A DNA stretch of 63,738 bases, counting the filler, from Rhizaria sp. SCN 62-66 (Eukaryota): assembly GCA_001724265.1 (NCBI GenBank). It is 6 parts of 6 records of this genome, joined end to end, with 100 filler letters (N's around TTAATTAATTAA, not from the genome) between each part and the next. Parts side by side here need not be neighbours in the genome. Positions count along the whole stretch, not along the records: positions 39,507 to 57,347 come from MEDY01000675.1; 5 more parts are not named here. One strand, given 5' to 3'. Each line of letters opens with the position of its first letter. The stretch's first letter is position 1. The position numbers were made by a program, and so were the translations under genes. The notes beneath the pieces were generated by a model that saw nothing but the letters and a program-made list of their open reading frames with translations, searched no databases and was not told the origin of the DNA. Shown piece by piece: positions 45,801 to 57,447 of the stretch.

Positions 45801-48800
45801 CGCCTGCATTAGCAGCAGCAACAGCAGCAGCAGCAGCAGCAGCAGCGGCGACAGTATTAGAGACGCCAGGAGCAGTGACGACAGCACTCGAGTCAGAGTC
45901 TGAAACTGAGATTGGAGCGCCAGCAACATCAGCGGACTCCGTAACTGAAATGACAAGGCCAGCACCGACACTAGAGTTTGAGACGGCACTAAATGCAGAC
46001 GCAGACGCGGGGTCAGAGGAGGAACTTGAGCTATTGCTGTTGCTCTGCGGAGCTGGATCAATGTTGCTGATATTGTTCTGACTGACGCTATCAACAGAGC
46101 CAGAAACGACACTTGCATGGGTTGCAGTTACAGTCGGAGTGTGACGAGCTGCAGCAGGACCAGAAGCATCAATAGTAGGAGAAACGACATTAACACCAGC
46201 AGCAGCAGCAGTTGCATCAGTAACAGCGATGTTAACGCCAGAAGCGCCGATATCAGTAGCGTCACGGCGACTGCGGCTGGTGTTGCCGTCAGCGACACCA
46301 GCCGCGCTTGAGCCAGAACTAGAGCCTGCGAGCGAGATGGCGTTACTGCCAGCGTTGGCGTCGTGATTACTGCTAGTGCTTGAAACAAAAACAGAGCGAG
46401 GGATTTGGCCGAGGGAAAGCACAGGAGTACCTACATTCATGCTGTCACTCAGTGGCATTGAGTCATTGCCGAGCAAGTGACTGTTGGCGTCAGTCTGACC
46501 GTGAGCAGCACGGAGAATCACCCTTGCAGCTGCAGTGTAAGGGTCCTCAGGCGGAGACGGAGGGAGTCCAGTCTTCGATGTAAGTACCTTTTCCTTCTGC
46601 TTGTGTTGTTGCCGCTGCTGCCGATCGAGCTTTTGCTTCAGGAAGAACGCTTTACGATCTTGCTCTTCCTGATCTTTCTTCGCACTCTGTTGTTCTTGCT
46701 CCTCTTGACGCGTTTTGGCCTCCGCCTCCGCCTCTGCCGCCGCTTTTGCTGCTGCTGCTACAGCCGCCGCTGCTTCAGAAAGCGCAGCGGCAGTGGCCAC
46801 CACCTTGCCAGCCTCTGCCTTGGCCTCGCCCTCGCCTCTCCCGTTCCCGTTGTTGGCGTTGGCGGCGTTGGCGTTGGCGCCCAGAGCGGCGAGCAGCGCG
46901 GTGGGCGTGGCGCACCAGTCGCCCGCGCCGGCGCTGCCGTTGCTGTTGGTCGAGTTGGTCCTGCCGTGCGCCGCGAGCGTGGGCAGGGCCAGGCTGTTCA
47001 CTGCGGCCGCAGCCGCGGTGGCCGCGGCTTTTCGGCTGGCAGCGGCTGCTGCCGTCGATGTGATTGTGTGCGCGCGGGCGGACTGGAGCATGAGAGTGAG
47101 GTGCGACCGAGGGCTGAGCGGCGCGGGGGACAGCGGGCTACTTGCAGCGGTGCCACGGGCGCTTGCATCGTTGGCACTCGAAGCTGGAGGAACGGTGATT
47201 GTGAGCGGAGACCTGAGGTGAGAGCCTGGAGTGTCACGAGGACTCGAGACTCTTGCGTTCGCTGCAATGTCGCTCAGACTGTTGCTGTTGCTGCTGTTGG
47301 TGCTGTTGTAGCTGGTTGTCGGTGTCATTTTTGTGAGCACAGAGTTCGAATGTGACTGCGTTAGAGTCTGTAGCGGAGGCTGCCATTGCAGGAACTCAGT
47401 CAAATCACCACCAGTAGCAGGAACAGCAGCCACAGAAGCAGTATTAGTGCTTACACTCGCACTCACGACATTACTTCTCGGCGCGCTTGCAGTCGGACTT
47501 GCAGCGACAATTGTCTTTGTGTTACTGGTGTTCGCGATCGTGTTTGAGGGAGTAATAATCGTCACAGTCTTTCCATTCGGGTGCTTAGACTTTGAGCTCG
47601 ACTTCGACTTCGACTGCGGCGACGAGGACGACTTTGAAGAGGACTTGCTTTCACGGCCACTGCCGTTGACGTTGGAATGAGACTGCGAGCTTGGGCCAGG
47701 CGGCTGAACAACAGCACTTGCACTCGAGCTACCGCCCAGGCTCACAAACTGCTGGTGTAAGTCTGAGAGCGAAGCAAGCGATGGCTTCGCCGGCGCTTGT
47801 TGTGATTGTGACTGCAACTGTTGTTGTTGACGGACTGGCGAGCGCGAGCGCGAGCGCGACTGAGACCGAGGCTGCACCTGTGGCTGTACCCGCGAATCTT
47901 GCTCTTGCTCGACAGCGCTATTGTCCGCCTCAGCTTTGTGGCCAACGTTACTGGCTTTGGCAACCAACGTGATCGCAGTGAACGCATTGTTGCTGCCACC
48001 GATAAGGGACGCCGGCAACGCCTTGGGGCCAGAGGCGAGCCACAGGGTCGGGCCACCGCTTTGCGCACCCGCACTCGCGCTCGTAGGCGCGACAGCAGAG
48101 CTCGTTGCAGTCGAGAGAGACTTTTGTTGCTGCAAAGCAGGCTGCGCGCTACTATCGCTCGGTTTGGCTTGTTGCTGTTTCCGTTGTCTTTGCTTCTGCT
48201 GTTGAGGGGTCGCAAACGTGAGCGACTTCAGCTGCCACCACTCTGTTGTCGCCAGCGCCCTGGACTTCTTACCGTTACCGCTGCCGGCATCATCGTCGCT
48301 CAACGAGTCATTATCCGTGCTGTCACAGACATCGTTGGCGTCAGGGCCACTGCTAGCATCATCGTCGTCGTAATCGTCATCGCCATTACCGTCGTTGCTG
48401 GTCGTGCTTTCCCGCCGCCGCCGCCGCTGCCGCCTCTGCTTCGCGTTCGCGCTGGCGCTCGCGGCGGTGGCCGTGGCGGCCGCAGCCGTTGTCGCTTGCG
48501 AGTCCAAGTCGGTCAGACGCCGCCGCCGCATCAGGTCGGCCTCATTGGCACCGGCACCAGCACGGCGCGCACTCGAGTCAGCACTCGAGTGCTTAGATCC
48601 GTCGAGGTGCATTCGAGCGACGTCCTCACCTTCGCCTTCACCGACTGGCGTAAACAACAGAGACGGGGAAAAGGGGCGGCTTGATTTTGACGATGCAGCA
48701 GCGTTGTGGCTGTGAGCAGCACCAGTAGCAGCATCAACATCACTCGTGCTTGTCATGGTGACGTAGGGGTTGTTTCTACCAGAGTTTTCAGTCCTCGCGT

Positions 48801-51800
48801 TGTTGTTGGCGCTACTGAGTTGGTGACTCTGAGCAGCAGTCTTAACCCGCCATAGCGGCAGGTCCGGCTTGACTTTAAACCCGCGACCACTGCGACCGTT
48901 GGTTGCGGAAGATAGCTCGTATAACTCTTGCTCAAGTTTGCGGATGTCCTTATCTTCCTCATCTTCGTCATCGCTATTCGCAGCAAAGCCGCCTTGCTGT
49001 TTCTGCTGCTGCTGCTGCTGCGGTTGTTGCTGCTTCTCTTTCTTTCGATACAGAATCGAAATCAACTGCTCGTAGTCACTCATGCCGCCTGCAGTGCCGC
49101 TGCTGCTGCTCGTAATGTGCTGCGCCGCCTCGGCCGCCTTGCGCATCATAGCAGCCACCTCCGCGCGCTTGCGCCGCGCGGCCGCGGCCCGCAGCCGCTC
49201 GCCGGGGCCCTGTCCCTGCGCGCCCGCCGCGGCCCACGCGCCGCGCAGCTGCCCCACGCGGCGCGCGCGCTCGCGCTCGCGGTCCAATACCTTGCGGCGC
49301 GGCGCCAGCAGCACGCGCTCCGTCGCGGCCGCCGCAGAGTGCGCGCGGCACAGCCGCGACGCGAACGACAGCAGCTTCGACAGCGTCGGGTTGTGCAGCA
49401 ACAGCGTCGGCAGCGACGGGAACAGTGCTGGCGGTGCTGATGCTGTTGCTGCTGCATCGGTTGCTGCTGGCGCAGGTGTGACCGCATTTGCTGAAGTCGC
49501 GCTCGCGCTTGCGTTTTTCGACTGAGCTCCAACAGTCGCACCGTTGTTGTTGGCACGAGCGCTGTGTTGTTGCTGACCTTGCTGACCTTGCTGCGTGAGA
49601 GCAAGAGCTTGTTGTTGTAGTTGATACTTGTGTTGGTACTCAGCGACCAACGCTGTTGCGGTGAAAAGAGCGGCTAAGGGGTGGGCACGCTTGCGGGCGC
49701 TTAGACTACCTTGCGAAGAGAAGGACGCACTTAGATCTAACGGAGTGCTCGCACGACCATCCGGCTGCTGAGCATTCGTGTACGCGGTGTTAGCGTTCGA
49801 GCGCAAAGCAAGCGCAGCGGTTGCAGCAGCAGCAGCGGAGTTCAATGGAGGAAACATCGAGTGACCGTGAGCAGCCGCGGTGGCAGCAGGACTCCGCTGC
49901 CCGTGAGTCGCAGAGTGGCTGTGCGCCGAGCGTGAGTCAGGGCGAGTGTTAGTACTCGGAGTCATAATGCGTCCAGAAGCAGTGAACGCGGCAGTAGCAG
50001 TCAGTTTGTTCGTCGCAGGGGTTGGGGGAGCGAAACCAAGAGCATTGTAATGCGCGCTGGACAATACAAGCGCAGCACCGGGCGCAACGTTACTCGTCCT
50101 CGAGTGCCGTTTCGTACTCGTACTCGGCTTGCTTGCGCTCATGCTGTCGTTCGTGTTGGGCTTTGTTGGAGACGAAAAGTCAAGCCGCGTCGATTCTAGG
50201 GGAGACTGCTCCTGCCCCTGCTGCTGTTGGCGTTCAAATGACTGGTTTGCGGTTGCAGTAGGACTCAAAGCAACAGCGTCAGTCGCAACGTCAGCCGTAT
50301 TCGTGATGACTGGACCAGAGACTGTTGCGTCGGCGCACATATCGGTCGGATTCGCAGCACAAGCAGTCTCATTGCCGACGCTGTGCGTGTCAGGGACAGC
50401 GTTGTTGTTCGCAACAGCAGCATTTGACGCAGGTGGCGCAGCTGAGTCAGTCTTGTGTTTCAACTGCTGTTCAAGCTGTTCCTGTTGCTCAAGCTGTTGC
50501 TGTTGCTGCTGCTGCTGCTGCTCGAGTTGCTGCTGTTGCTGCGAGAGCAGTGGGGCGTACGTCTGAGGAACGCCTTGCGCTGTCAACGCTTGGGAAGCGC
50601 GCTCATAGGCTGCAAAGTCAGAGTTTCCGCCACCAGTCACCTGGCGCATGTAGGGCGACCGAGCCTGCAACCGCGACTGCGAGCGCGAATGTGAACGCGA
50701 CTGCGAGCGCGGCTGGACTTGAGTGATATTGCGGTTGCGTGACTGTGAACGCGATAGCTGCACAGGTGATAGCGAGCGTATATGCGACGGTAGCAGCGGG
50801 TGTAAGGGCGGGTGCGGCTTAGCTTCAGCACGAGGAGGCTTAAGTTCCTGACTCGCACCAGCAATCTCGCCGTCAGCTGGGTCATTGTTGTTCGTCGCGT
50901 CGTCCTCGTTCATGTTGCCAGAAGTATTATTGCTAAAGCCCTTAAAGCCCGTTGCGCTAACATTACTTGCGTTCCAGTCATCATTACCAACGCTGTCAAT
51001 GGTGTTCTCGTCGATGTTGCCGCTACGGTTCATAGTATCGTCGGTGTTGTTGCTCAGTTGGCGTGACAGACTGTTATTGCTCCAAGCAACGCTTCCGTTC
51101 GCACTCGCGTGAACGCTGTCGTCCTATTCACGGTCACTGCCACTCTCATTGCCGCTGGCGCTGTCATCACTGTTGTTGTCGCTGTTCATGCCAGCAGGGT
51201 CGCCAGCTACGGCGCTGTCACCGACGTTGCTATCAGCGCCGGCAGCGCCGTCAGCGTCGCCATCGATATCGACAGATGCTTTGCTCGCGTTAGAGCTGCT
51301 AATCTTGCTGCGGCCCTTCGACTTGACTTTCTTGCCTTTCTTTCCGCTCACACTGGCACTGGCAACGGCGCTACTACCACTAGGAGTGGTGCTGTTGGCT
51401 TGGTTGTAATTGTTGATTGCAGCCAGCAAGCTGTTTCTGCGGCTGCTGAAGCTCGGCCTCGGACTCAGGCTGCTGTTGCTTCGCGGATTGAAAGGATTAT
51501 TGCTCGCGCTAGAACTGCCACCGCCAAGATAGTTGCTGATGCCCGTGCCACTCAACGCAGCAACTCCACTCACACTGGCCGTGCTACTGTTCAAGAAAGC
51601 AGAGATTGCACTCGAGTTGTCATTCGCGTTGTTGCTGTTGTTGTTGTTTCCGTTATTGAACGACGCGCGCGTCGCCAGGCGAGGGCCGCCGGAGCCACTG
51701 ACACTGCCGTGCAAAGGAGAGCGCCTGAGGGGACTTGTATCAGCACCAGTTGAGGCGTTCACATCAACAGGCGAGCGACGATTGCTGTCGTTTCGATTCA

Positions 51801-53316
51801 ACAAAGACCCATTGTGGCTGTTGCTGCTGCTTATCTGTTGCTCCGGGAGCTGTCCCTGCTGCTGCTGCAGCTGCGGCTGCTGCGCCGAGAGCAGGCTCTG
51901 GCGGCGCGAGGCGGGCCCCAGCGGCGTCGTCGCCCGCAGCGCCGCGACGCGCGGCGACATGTACGGACTTGCGTGGCTCCCGAGGAAGCTGCCCCTGCTG
52001 GGACCCACAAACGGGCTCGCGCTCGCGTTCGCAGTGTGTGGGGCGCCAGCGCTGGCGTTCGTGCCGTTGTAGTGGCCGCGGCTAAAGCTGGGCCGCGGGT
52101 TCGCGCTCATTGACGGCGTGTAAGCGCCGTGCTGCGGCTGATGCGGATGTAAGTGCCCTGAGCTCGGGATGTTGGCGCGCACGCGCGCGCCGGGCGAGGG
52201 CGGCACCTCGGCGACTGTAAGCGACGCAACGGCAAACTGCGCGGCCGCAGCAATGGCAAAGGCGGCGACGGTCGGGGTGGGGGCCGGAGGCAGTGTGTTA
52301 GCCCCGGGAGCAACGGCACTGGAGTCGGCCGTATTGTTCATGTCACTGCAACTGCTGCTGCTGCGAAAGAGTGCGTGGTCATGGGTGTTGGGCAGCGGCA
52401 GCGGGGGGAAGCACGGGGTGTTGCTGCGGTTATGGCTAGCGGCGCTGTCGCTCCTGTTAGGCTCGCCGTCATTGGTGCTGACCTTCGTGGTCGCGTGAGC
52501 GGGCGTGTTGCTGTTATGGTTTGCGCCACTGTTATGCCTGTTACGGTTTGCGCCAGTACTCGTGGAGTGGTGGTCGTGACTGTGAGCGTGCGTGTCGGCG
52601 TTCGCCGCTGCAAAGAGCAAATTGGCAGAAGCACCAACAGCAGCAGTGTTGTTACTGTTGCTGTTGAAGCTACTCCGACAATTCGCCGTGCTCGAGCCAT
52701 CAGTTCGACCGTAAACGGCGCCGGACTGGCCGTGCGCAGTGACAGAGTGGCTGGGAAGGGCGGCGAACGGGCTATGCGCGGAGAAAAAGTGGTTATGAGC
52801 GGTGTCAAAGCGGTCACGCTCACTGTCTGCTTCTAGGCTCGCACAGTTGTCACCGCGACTTACAGCACCGGTGTCTGCAGCGGCAGCAACATTGTCGCCG
52901 TCGCCGCGACTTTGCGCAGCTGCAGTGTGGGGATATGCGCGCGCAGCCACGTCAGCGGTCAAGTCGGACTGACTGTGGTTGTTGCTGTTTCCGTCAGCAT
53001 GGCTATCAGCTTTAGCAGAGCCGGTGTCAGCACCAGAGGCGTATGCTGAAGCATTCGCAGCAGCAAGAGTAGCTGTAGCACTAACATTAGTATCAGTTGG
53101 AGCAGCACCAGCGTCGGCAGTAGAGCTTAGTCCGGCCCGGATCTCAGCGTCAGCCTCTTCCTCGTCTGTAGCAGAAGCCATGACTCTTGCGGCGACGACA
53201 TCGCAGCCGTGCACAGCGGCAGTGGCAACGGCTGAGGACGATGTCGGTGACAGACGGGGGGAGTGGGACTTGGACGGGGCTGGGGGCCCGTATGAGCCCA
53301 GAGCACCGCCGTCCAT
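42802..53316 (-). CDS. Giant single-exon Ser/Ala/Asn/Gln-rich hypothetical protein, 3504 aa when the TAG at 51124-51126 is read as sense
   Basis: ORFs 51124-53334 and 42802-51033 share a frame and are separated only by one TAG (SGSDRE*DDSVHAS). The ATG at 53316 lies just downstream of a CAG acceptor. Ends in TAA-GC. Confidence 0.8.
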
Positions 53317-53998
53317 GAGATAAACCTGTATCAATAGACGTTGGCAGTCAATAAATTGAAGAGATTGACGATTATGTGAATATTAACGTAATCTAGAGAG
53401 CCACTAAGGAGTAGCTAAGGAAGGGAGAAAAACGACTGAAGTCAAGTGAGACGGAAACAGACGTAGCGCAACACAGAAGATGCTATAACAATAATGGAAA
53501 GAGATTCTAACGAAAAAATATCAGTAGTATATCATATCGATGTACCACTTTAATTAACGGTTGTTTGAGCGTGCTGCAGCTGTGTGAAGTGCGACTTGAA
53601 GAGGAGCGCTGTCCTTGCTCTACAATCAGCTCGCGGCTTGCGGTTCGCAAAAAAGCAGACTAAAAGCAGAGCAGAGACGACGAGGTACGTTCCAAATCGT
53701 CCTCGTAGTGCAGTTCCATGCGCATGTTCAGTGATTTATCCAGAGCAGCCCGACTGTCACTTCAGTTTTCTACTATCATCTTTTTTTGCACTTCACTCAT
53801 GGCCTGGATTCCTCCTGCCAGCGGTCATGATTGATGACTCTCACTCGGCTCGGAGAGTTTGTCCACCACACATCAGATCTCTTTGTCCCCAGCCTCCCAG
53901 ATCTCTCCACTCGCAATATCTCTTACAAATGACACCACTCAACCTTTTTTAACCCTATTTCTCTCCGTGTTCCTCCTTGTACTGTCTTTCACAGGGCC

Positions 53999-56419
53999 AT
54001 GTCTGACGATTTCCTCAACGAGCCCCTCCCTGTCGCTCACACTGACGACACCCCTGCCGCCCCTGCCGCCGCCGCTCCCGCCGCCGCGGCCGTCACCCCC
54101 GCTCCCGCGCCGCAGCAGCAGCAGCCGCAGCCGCAGCAGCAGGCGCCGCAGCAGCCCGTGGCGGCGACGCGCTCTCCGCAGGCCGCGCACCAGCAGCCCG
54201 CGAAGCCGGCGCTGATTCACCCCTCCTCCTCGGCCGCCTCCGCCGCGCCCGTGCCGGCCGCCGCTGTCGCCACTGCCGCCGCCGCCGGCCTGCCCGCGCC
54301 CGCCGCGGCGTCGCCGAAGCACCCGCTGATCAACATGGCGGACCTGTGTGTCACGGTCACTGGCACCACGAGCGGCATGGACGCGCTCACCTCGCAGATC
54401 GTCACGCTGTACGTGATCAACATCACGCTGCCGCAGTTTAACCTGGACTGGACCGTCCAGCGCCGCTTCTCCGAGTTCGACTCGCTGCACCAGGTGCTGT
54501 CCGAGCACACTACGGCGCTGCCCTCGCTGCCCGCCAAGACTTGGTGGTTTCGCAACATGTCCGACGAACTCATCGCCAAGCGCCGCCAGGTATGTTAGTC
54601 TGCAAGCCACCTTCGAAGTGACATGTGGGATGTCGACTTCGCTAGATCACCGCTGTAATAAGGTTTAAGTGTTATTTTATACTATATTGCACGATAATTA
54701 GTATTTTATGATATAATTCAGTATTATTTCATCAAGTCGCCATATTACGCATTATATCTAACTTTCTGTTTTGATGAAACACTTGTTTCATTTTAGGAGC
54801 TTGATGTGTTCATGAAGAAGCTCGTGACAATCCCGCACGCGCGCCACTCGCGCGAGCTGATCAACTTCCTCTCTGTGCTGGACCACGCCGTGCCGGACAC
54901 GTCGCGCGTGCCCGTGCCCTTCGCCACCATCACGGACCGCAACTTCGGCGTCAACGACGTCGTGTACTCGCCTGCTGACGGTCTCGTCATCACGGCCTGC
55001 GAGGACGCCGACCTCATCTCGCGCCTCGACAGCCAGCTCAGCAACATTCCGCTGCCGTGGGAGGCCAAGAGCAAGGCGTCCTCGGTCGTCCCGCTAGGCT
55101 CACTCAACTGCTGGCAGCTCGATACCGAGTCCGGCTCCTACCTCCCCGTCTCCACGCTCTTTTACGAGCACCAGGTATGTGCTTTATCAACATTAATAGC
55201 ATCTTCAAATATCTTCCATACTACATCACATCGTTGCCACAAGTATCTACAGTCTTCTTATCTCAATTTTTATTTCCTTGCTTCATAATTATGTACTCAC
55301 CCATAATCACTCTCTCGATGACACCGCAACCATCTCTGTTCCTCTGCGCGCTCTAGGTGACGTCCGTCGCGTGGGACCCCGTGCGCCGGTACATCTTCGC
55401 GGGCATGGAGAACGGCAAGACGATCATTTACTACGCCTCGCCCGGCTTCGCCGAGCTCACCGTCGTGGTCGAGCTGGCGCACCACACCAAGAAGGTCGCC
55501 AAGATGGCATACGTGCAGGCGCACGGCGACGACCTGCTTGTGTCCATCGGCCGCGACTCGCTGCTCGTCGTCTACTCGCTCCGCAGCGAGCGCATCACCT
55601 CGCAGGCAAACATGCTCGAGGGCTGGCTCGCCTGCCTTCAGGTTCGTGCTTTTCACCCAGCGCAAACATTCAGAGCAAAGCAATGCAAGGCTAAAGCAAA
55701 GCAAAGCAAAGCATGCAACCCTAAATGAACCATCGCTCAACACTGTGAGGCTATTTTGCAAACATTTTTTGTTGACTTGTGTCCCTGAACTTTCTTTGTT
55801 TACTCCCGCTTTACAATCATAGGTCGACGCCGCGAACGACTACGTCTACGTTGGCACATTCTCCGGCAAGGTCCTTATCTACGACATCAGCACGCCGACG
55901 GCGAGCTACGTGCACATGCTTCTGGGCCACAACGGCGCCGTGCGCGCTCTGGACTTCAACCACAAGTCCGGGTACCTCATCTCGGGCGGGTTCGACTACC
56001 GCGCCGCCATCTGGCAGACGGCCTCGGGCAAGGACGCCAAGCGCATCACGAACGCCGGGTGGATGATCAACGGGCCCGCGCAGAAGATCAAGGCCGTGGC
56101 GCTGCTGCCCGAGCTGTCGATGCTGTGCACCGGGCTCGACAACGGCACCATCGCGCTGTGGGATACCTCCACGGGCGACATGATCTACGTGCTCAACGGA
56201 CACAAGAACAGCGTTGTGTGGATGGAGTGGCGCCCCGAGCGCAACATGCTCATCACGGCCGCGCGCGACGGCAAGGTTCGCTTCTGGTCCATGGGCAGCG
56301 GATCCCCCCTCGCCGCGCTACCCACGGCCGCGACCACGGCTGCCGGCACAGGTGACGCGGCCCGCGGCGCCGCGCCCGCGGCCATGGTCAACTCGGCCGC
56401 CGCCGCCGCGCGTATCTAA
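53999..56419 (+). CDS. PX (phox homology) domain + WD40 repeat protein; exons 53999-54589, 54797-55174, 55357-55641, 55823-56419; 616 aa
   Basis: PX signature TLYVINI..WTVQRRFSEFDSLHQVL..LPSLPAKTWW..ELIAKRRQELDVFMKKL. WD repeats GHNGAVRALDF..LISGGFD..AIWQ, TGLDNGTIALWD, GHKNSVVWMEW..TAARDGKVRFW. Three phase-0 GT-AG introns keep the frame. Confidence 0.92.
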
Positions 56420-57202
56420 GCACGCGCCAGTATATTAGCCATGTCCTGCTTGACGTTGCTATCCTGCGCTCTGCTATGCTCTGCGCCGCGTCTAAGTCAG
56501 GATCATGTTATCATTTCTTGCGATGACTGAAGTAAGTACAGCTGTACAATGACTGCTGGTGTGCGGTATTTTCGCACATTTGAAGCAGGGTCTGCTTGCT
56601 TGCTTTTTTTTTTTTTGTTTTGTTTTTGTTGACTTTTGACTTCTTTTCTTTTGTGATTGCGTGCGTTGCTTTATCACGAATCGTAAGATGTTTTGACGTG
56701 TCAGTCATAATATTTCTCTAGTTACTCTAATAAGTATGTTTTCTCTATTTCTTCACGTTCCAATATATAATACACACCTGTTCTTTCTTAAATATGAAGT
56801 CTTACTAACACAACACTACGGCAGACGACCGCAAGGTGATTTAGCTGCAGCTGTCCTAAACACGAACAGAAAGCAGGACTCGCAAACAAGCATCTTCATA
56901 CAGATTCGTTTCCAGCTGTATCATCACTGTCACAGTCAATGCATCGCTCAGTTTAGTTCTGCGACGCACTGTTGCACGACCATAGCAAGCGTTGATCAGA
57001 GCGTAACAGAACGGAAATGATTACAAGCGCATCAGCACAGAAGCGAGCGTAATGAGCGATGCATTTGACAAGAGTTTAATATACGTGTTTCCAGAGATAA
57101 CATTGCAAGGACAGATGGGGTAAAAGGGGGGGGGGGGGTTTTGAATAGATTTAGACTGCCGAAAGAGGTTGTATTTGTTGTTGGTAACCCAGCACCGTTC
57201 GC

Positions 57203-57346
57203 TTAGAAGAAGCAGACGGGGCGGTTGGCCTTGTAGGTGGTGCGGAAAGCCTTGGAGGAAGGACGGGGCTTGCGCTGGGTGAGGCGGAACTTGAGGTCGG
57301 GCTTGATGAACTGCGCGACAGCGGGGCGCTTGAGCTGGTTGGCGCG
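57203..57346 (-). CDS. RPL18A: 60S ribosomal protein eL20 (L18a), C-terminal 47 aa (5'-partial)
   Basis: Translates RANQLKRPAVAQFIKPDLKFRLTQRKPRPSSKAFRTTYKANRPVCFF-TAA, matching the eL20 C-terminus (RPAVKQF..KIKF.L..R....RP..F). Not in the ORF track. Confidence 0.88.
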   Translation of the reverse strand, partial: RANQLKRPAVAQFIKPDLKFRLTQRKPRPSSKAFRTTYKANRPVCFF

Positions 57347-57347
57347 G

Positions 57348-57447
57348 NNNNNNNNNNNNNNNNNNNNNNNNNNNNNNNNNNNNNNNNNNNNTTAATTAAT
57401 TAANNNNNNNNNNNNNNNNNNNNNNNNNNNNNNNNNNNNNNNNNNNN
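57348..57447. other. Artificial contig linker
   Basis: N44-TTAATTAATTAA-N44. Confidence 0.98.

Noticed and set aside
5899-57447. TTAATTAATTAA flanked by Ns as a biological repeat or piggyBac-type target site
   Set aside because: Five identical 100-nt blocks form a synthetic six-frame-stop linker. Gene adjacency across them carries no meaning.
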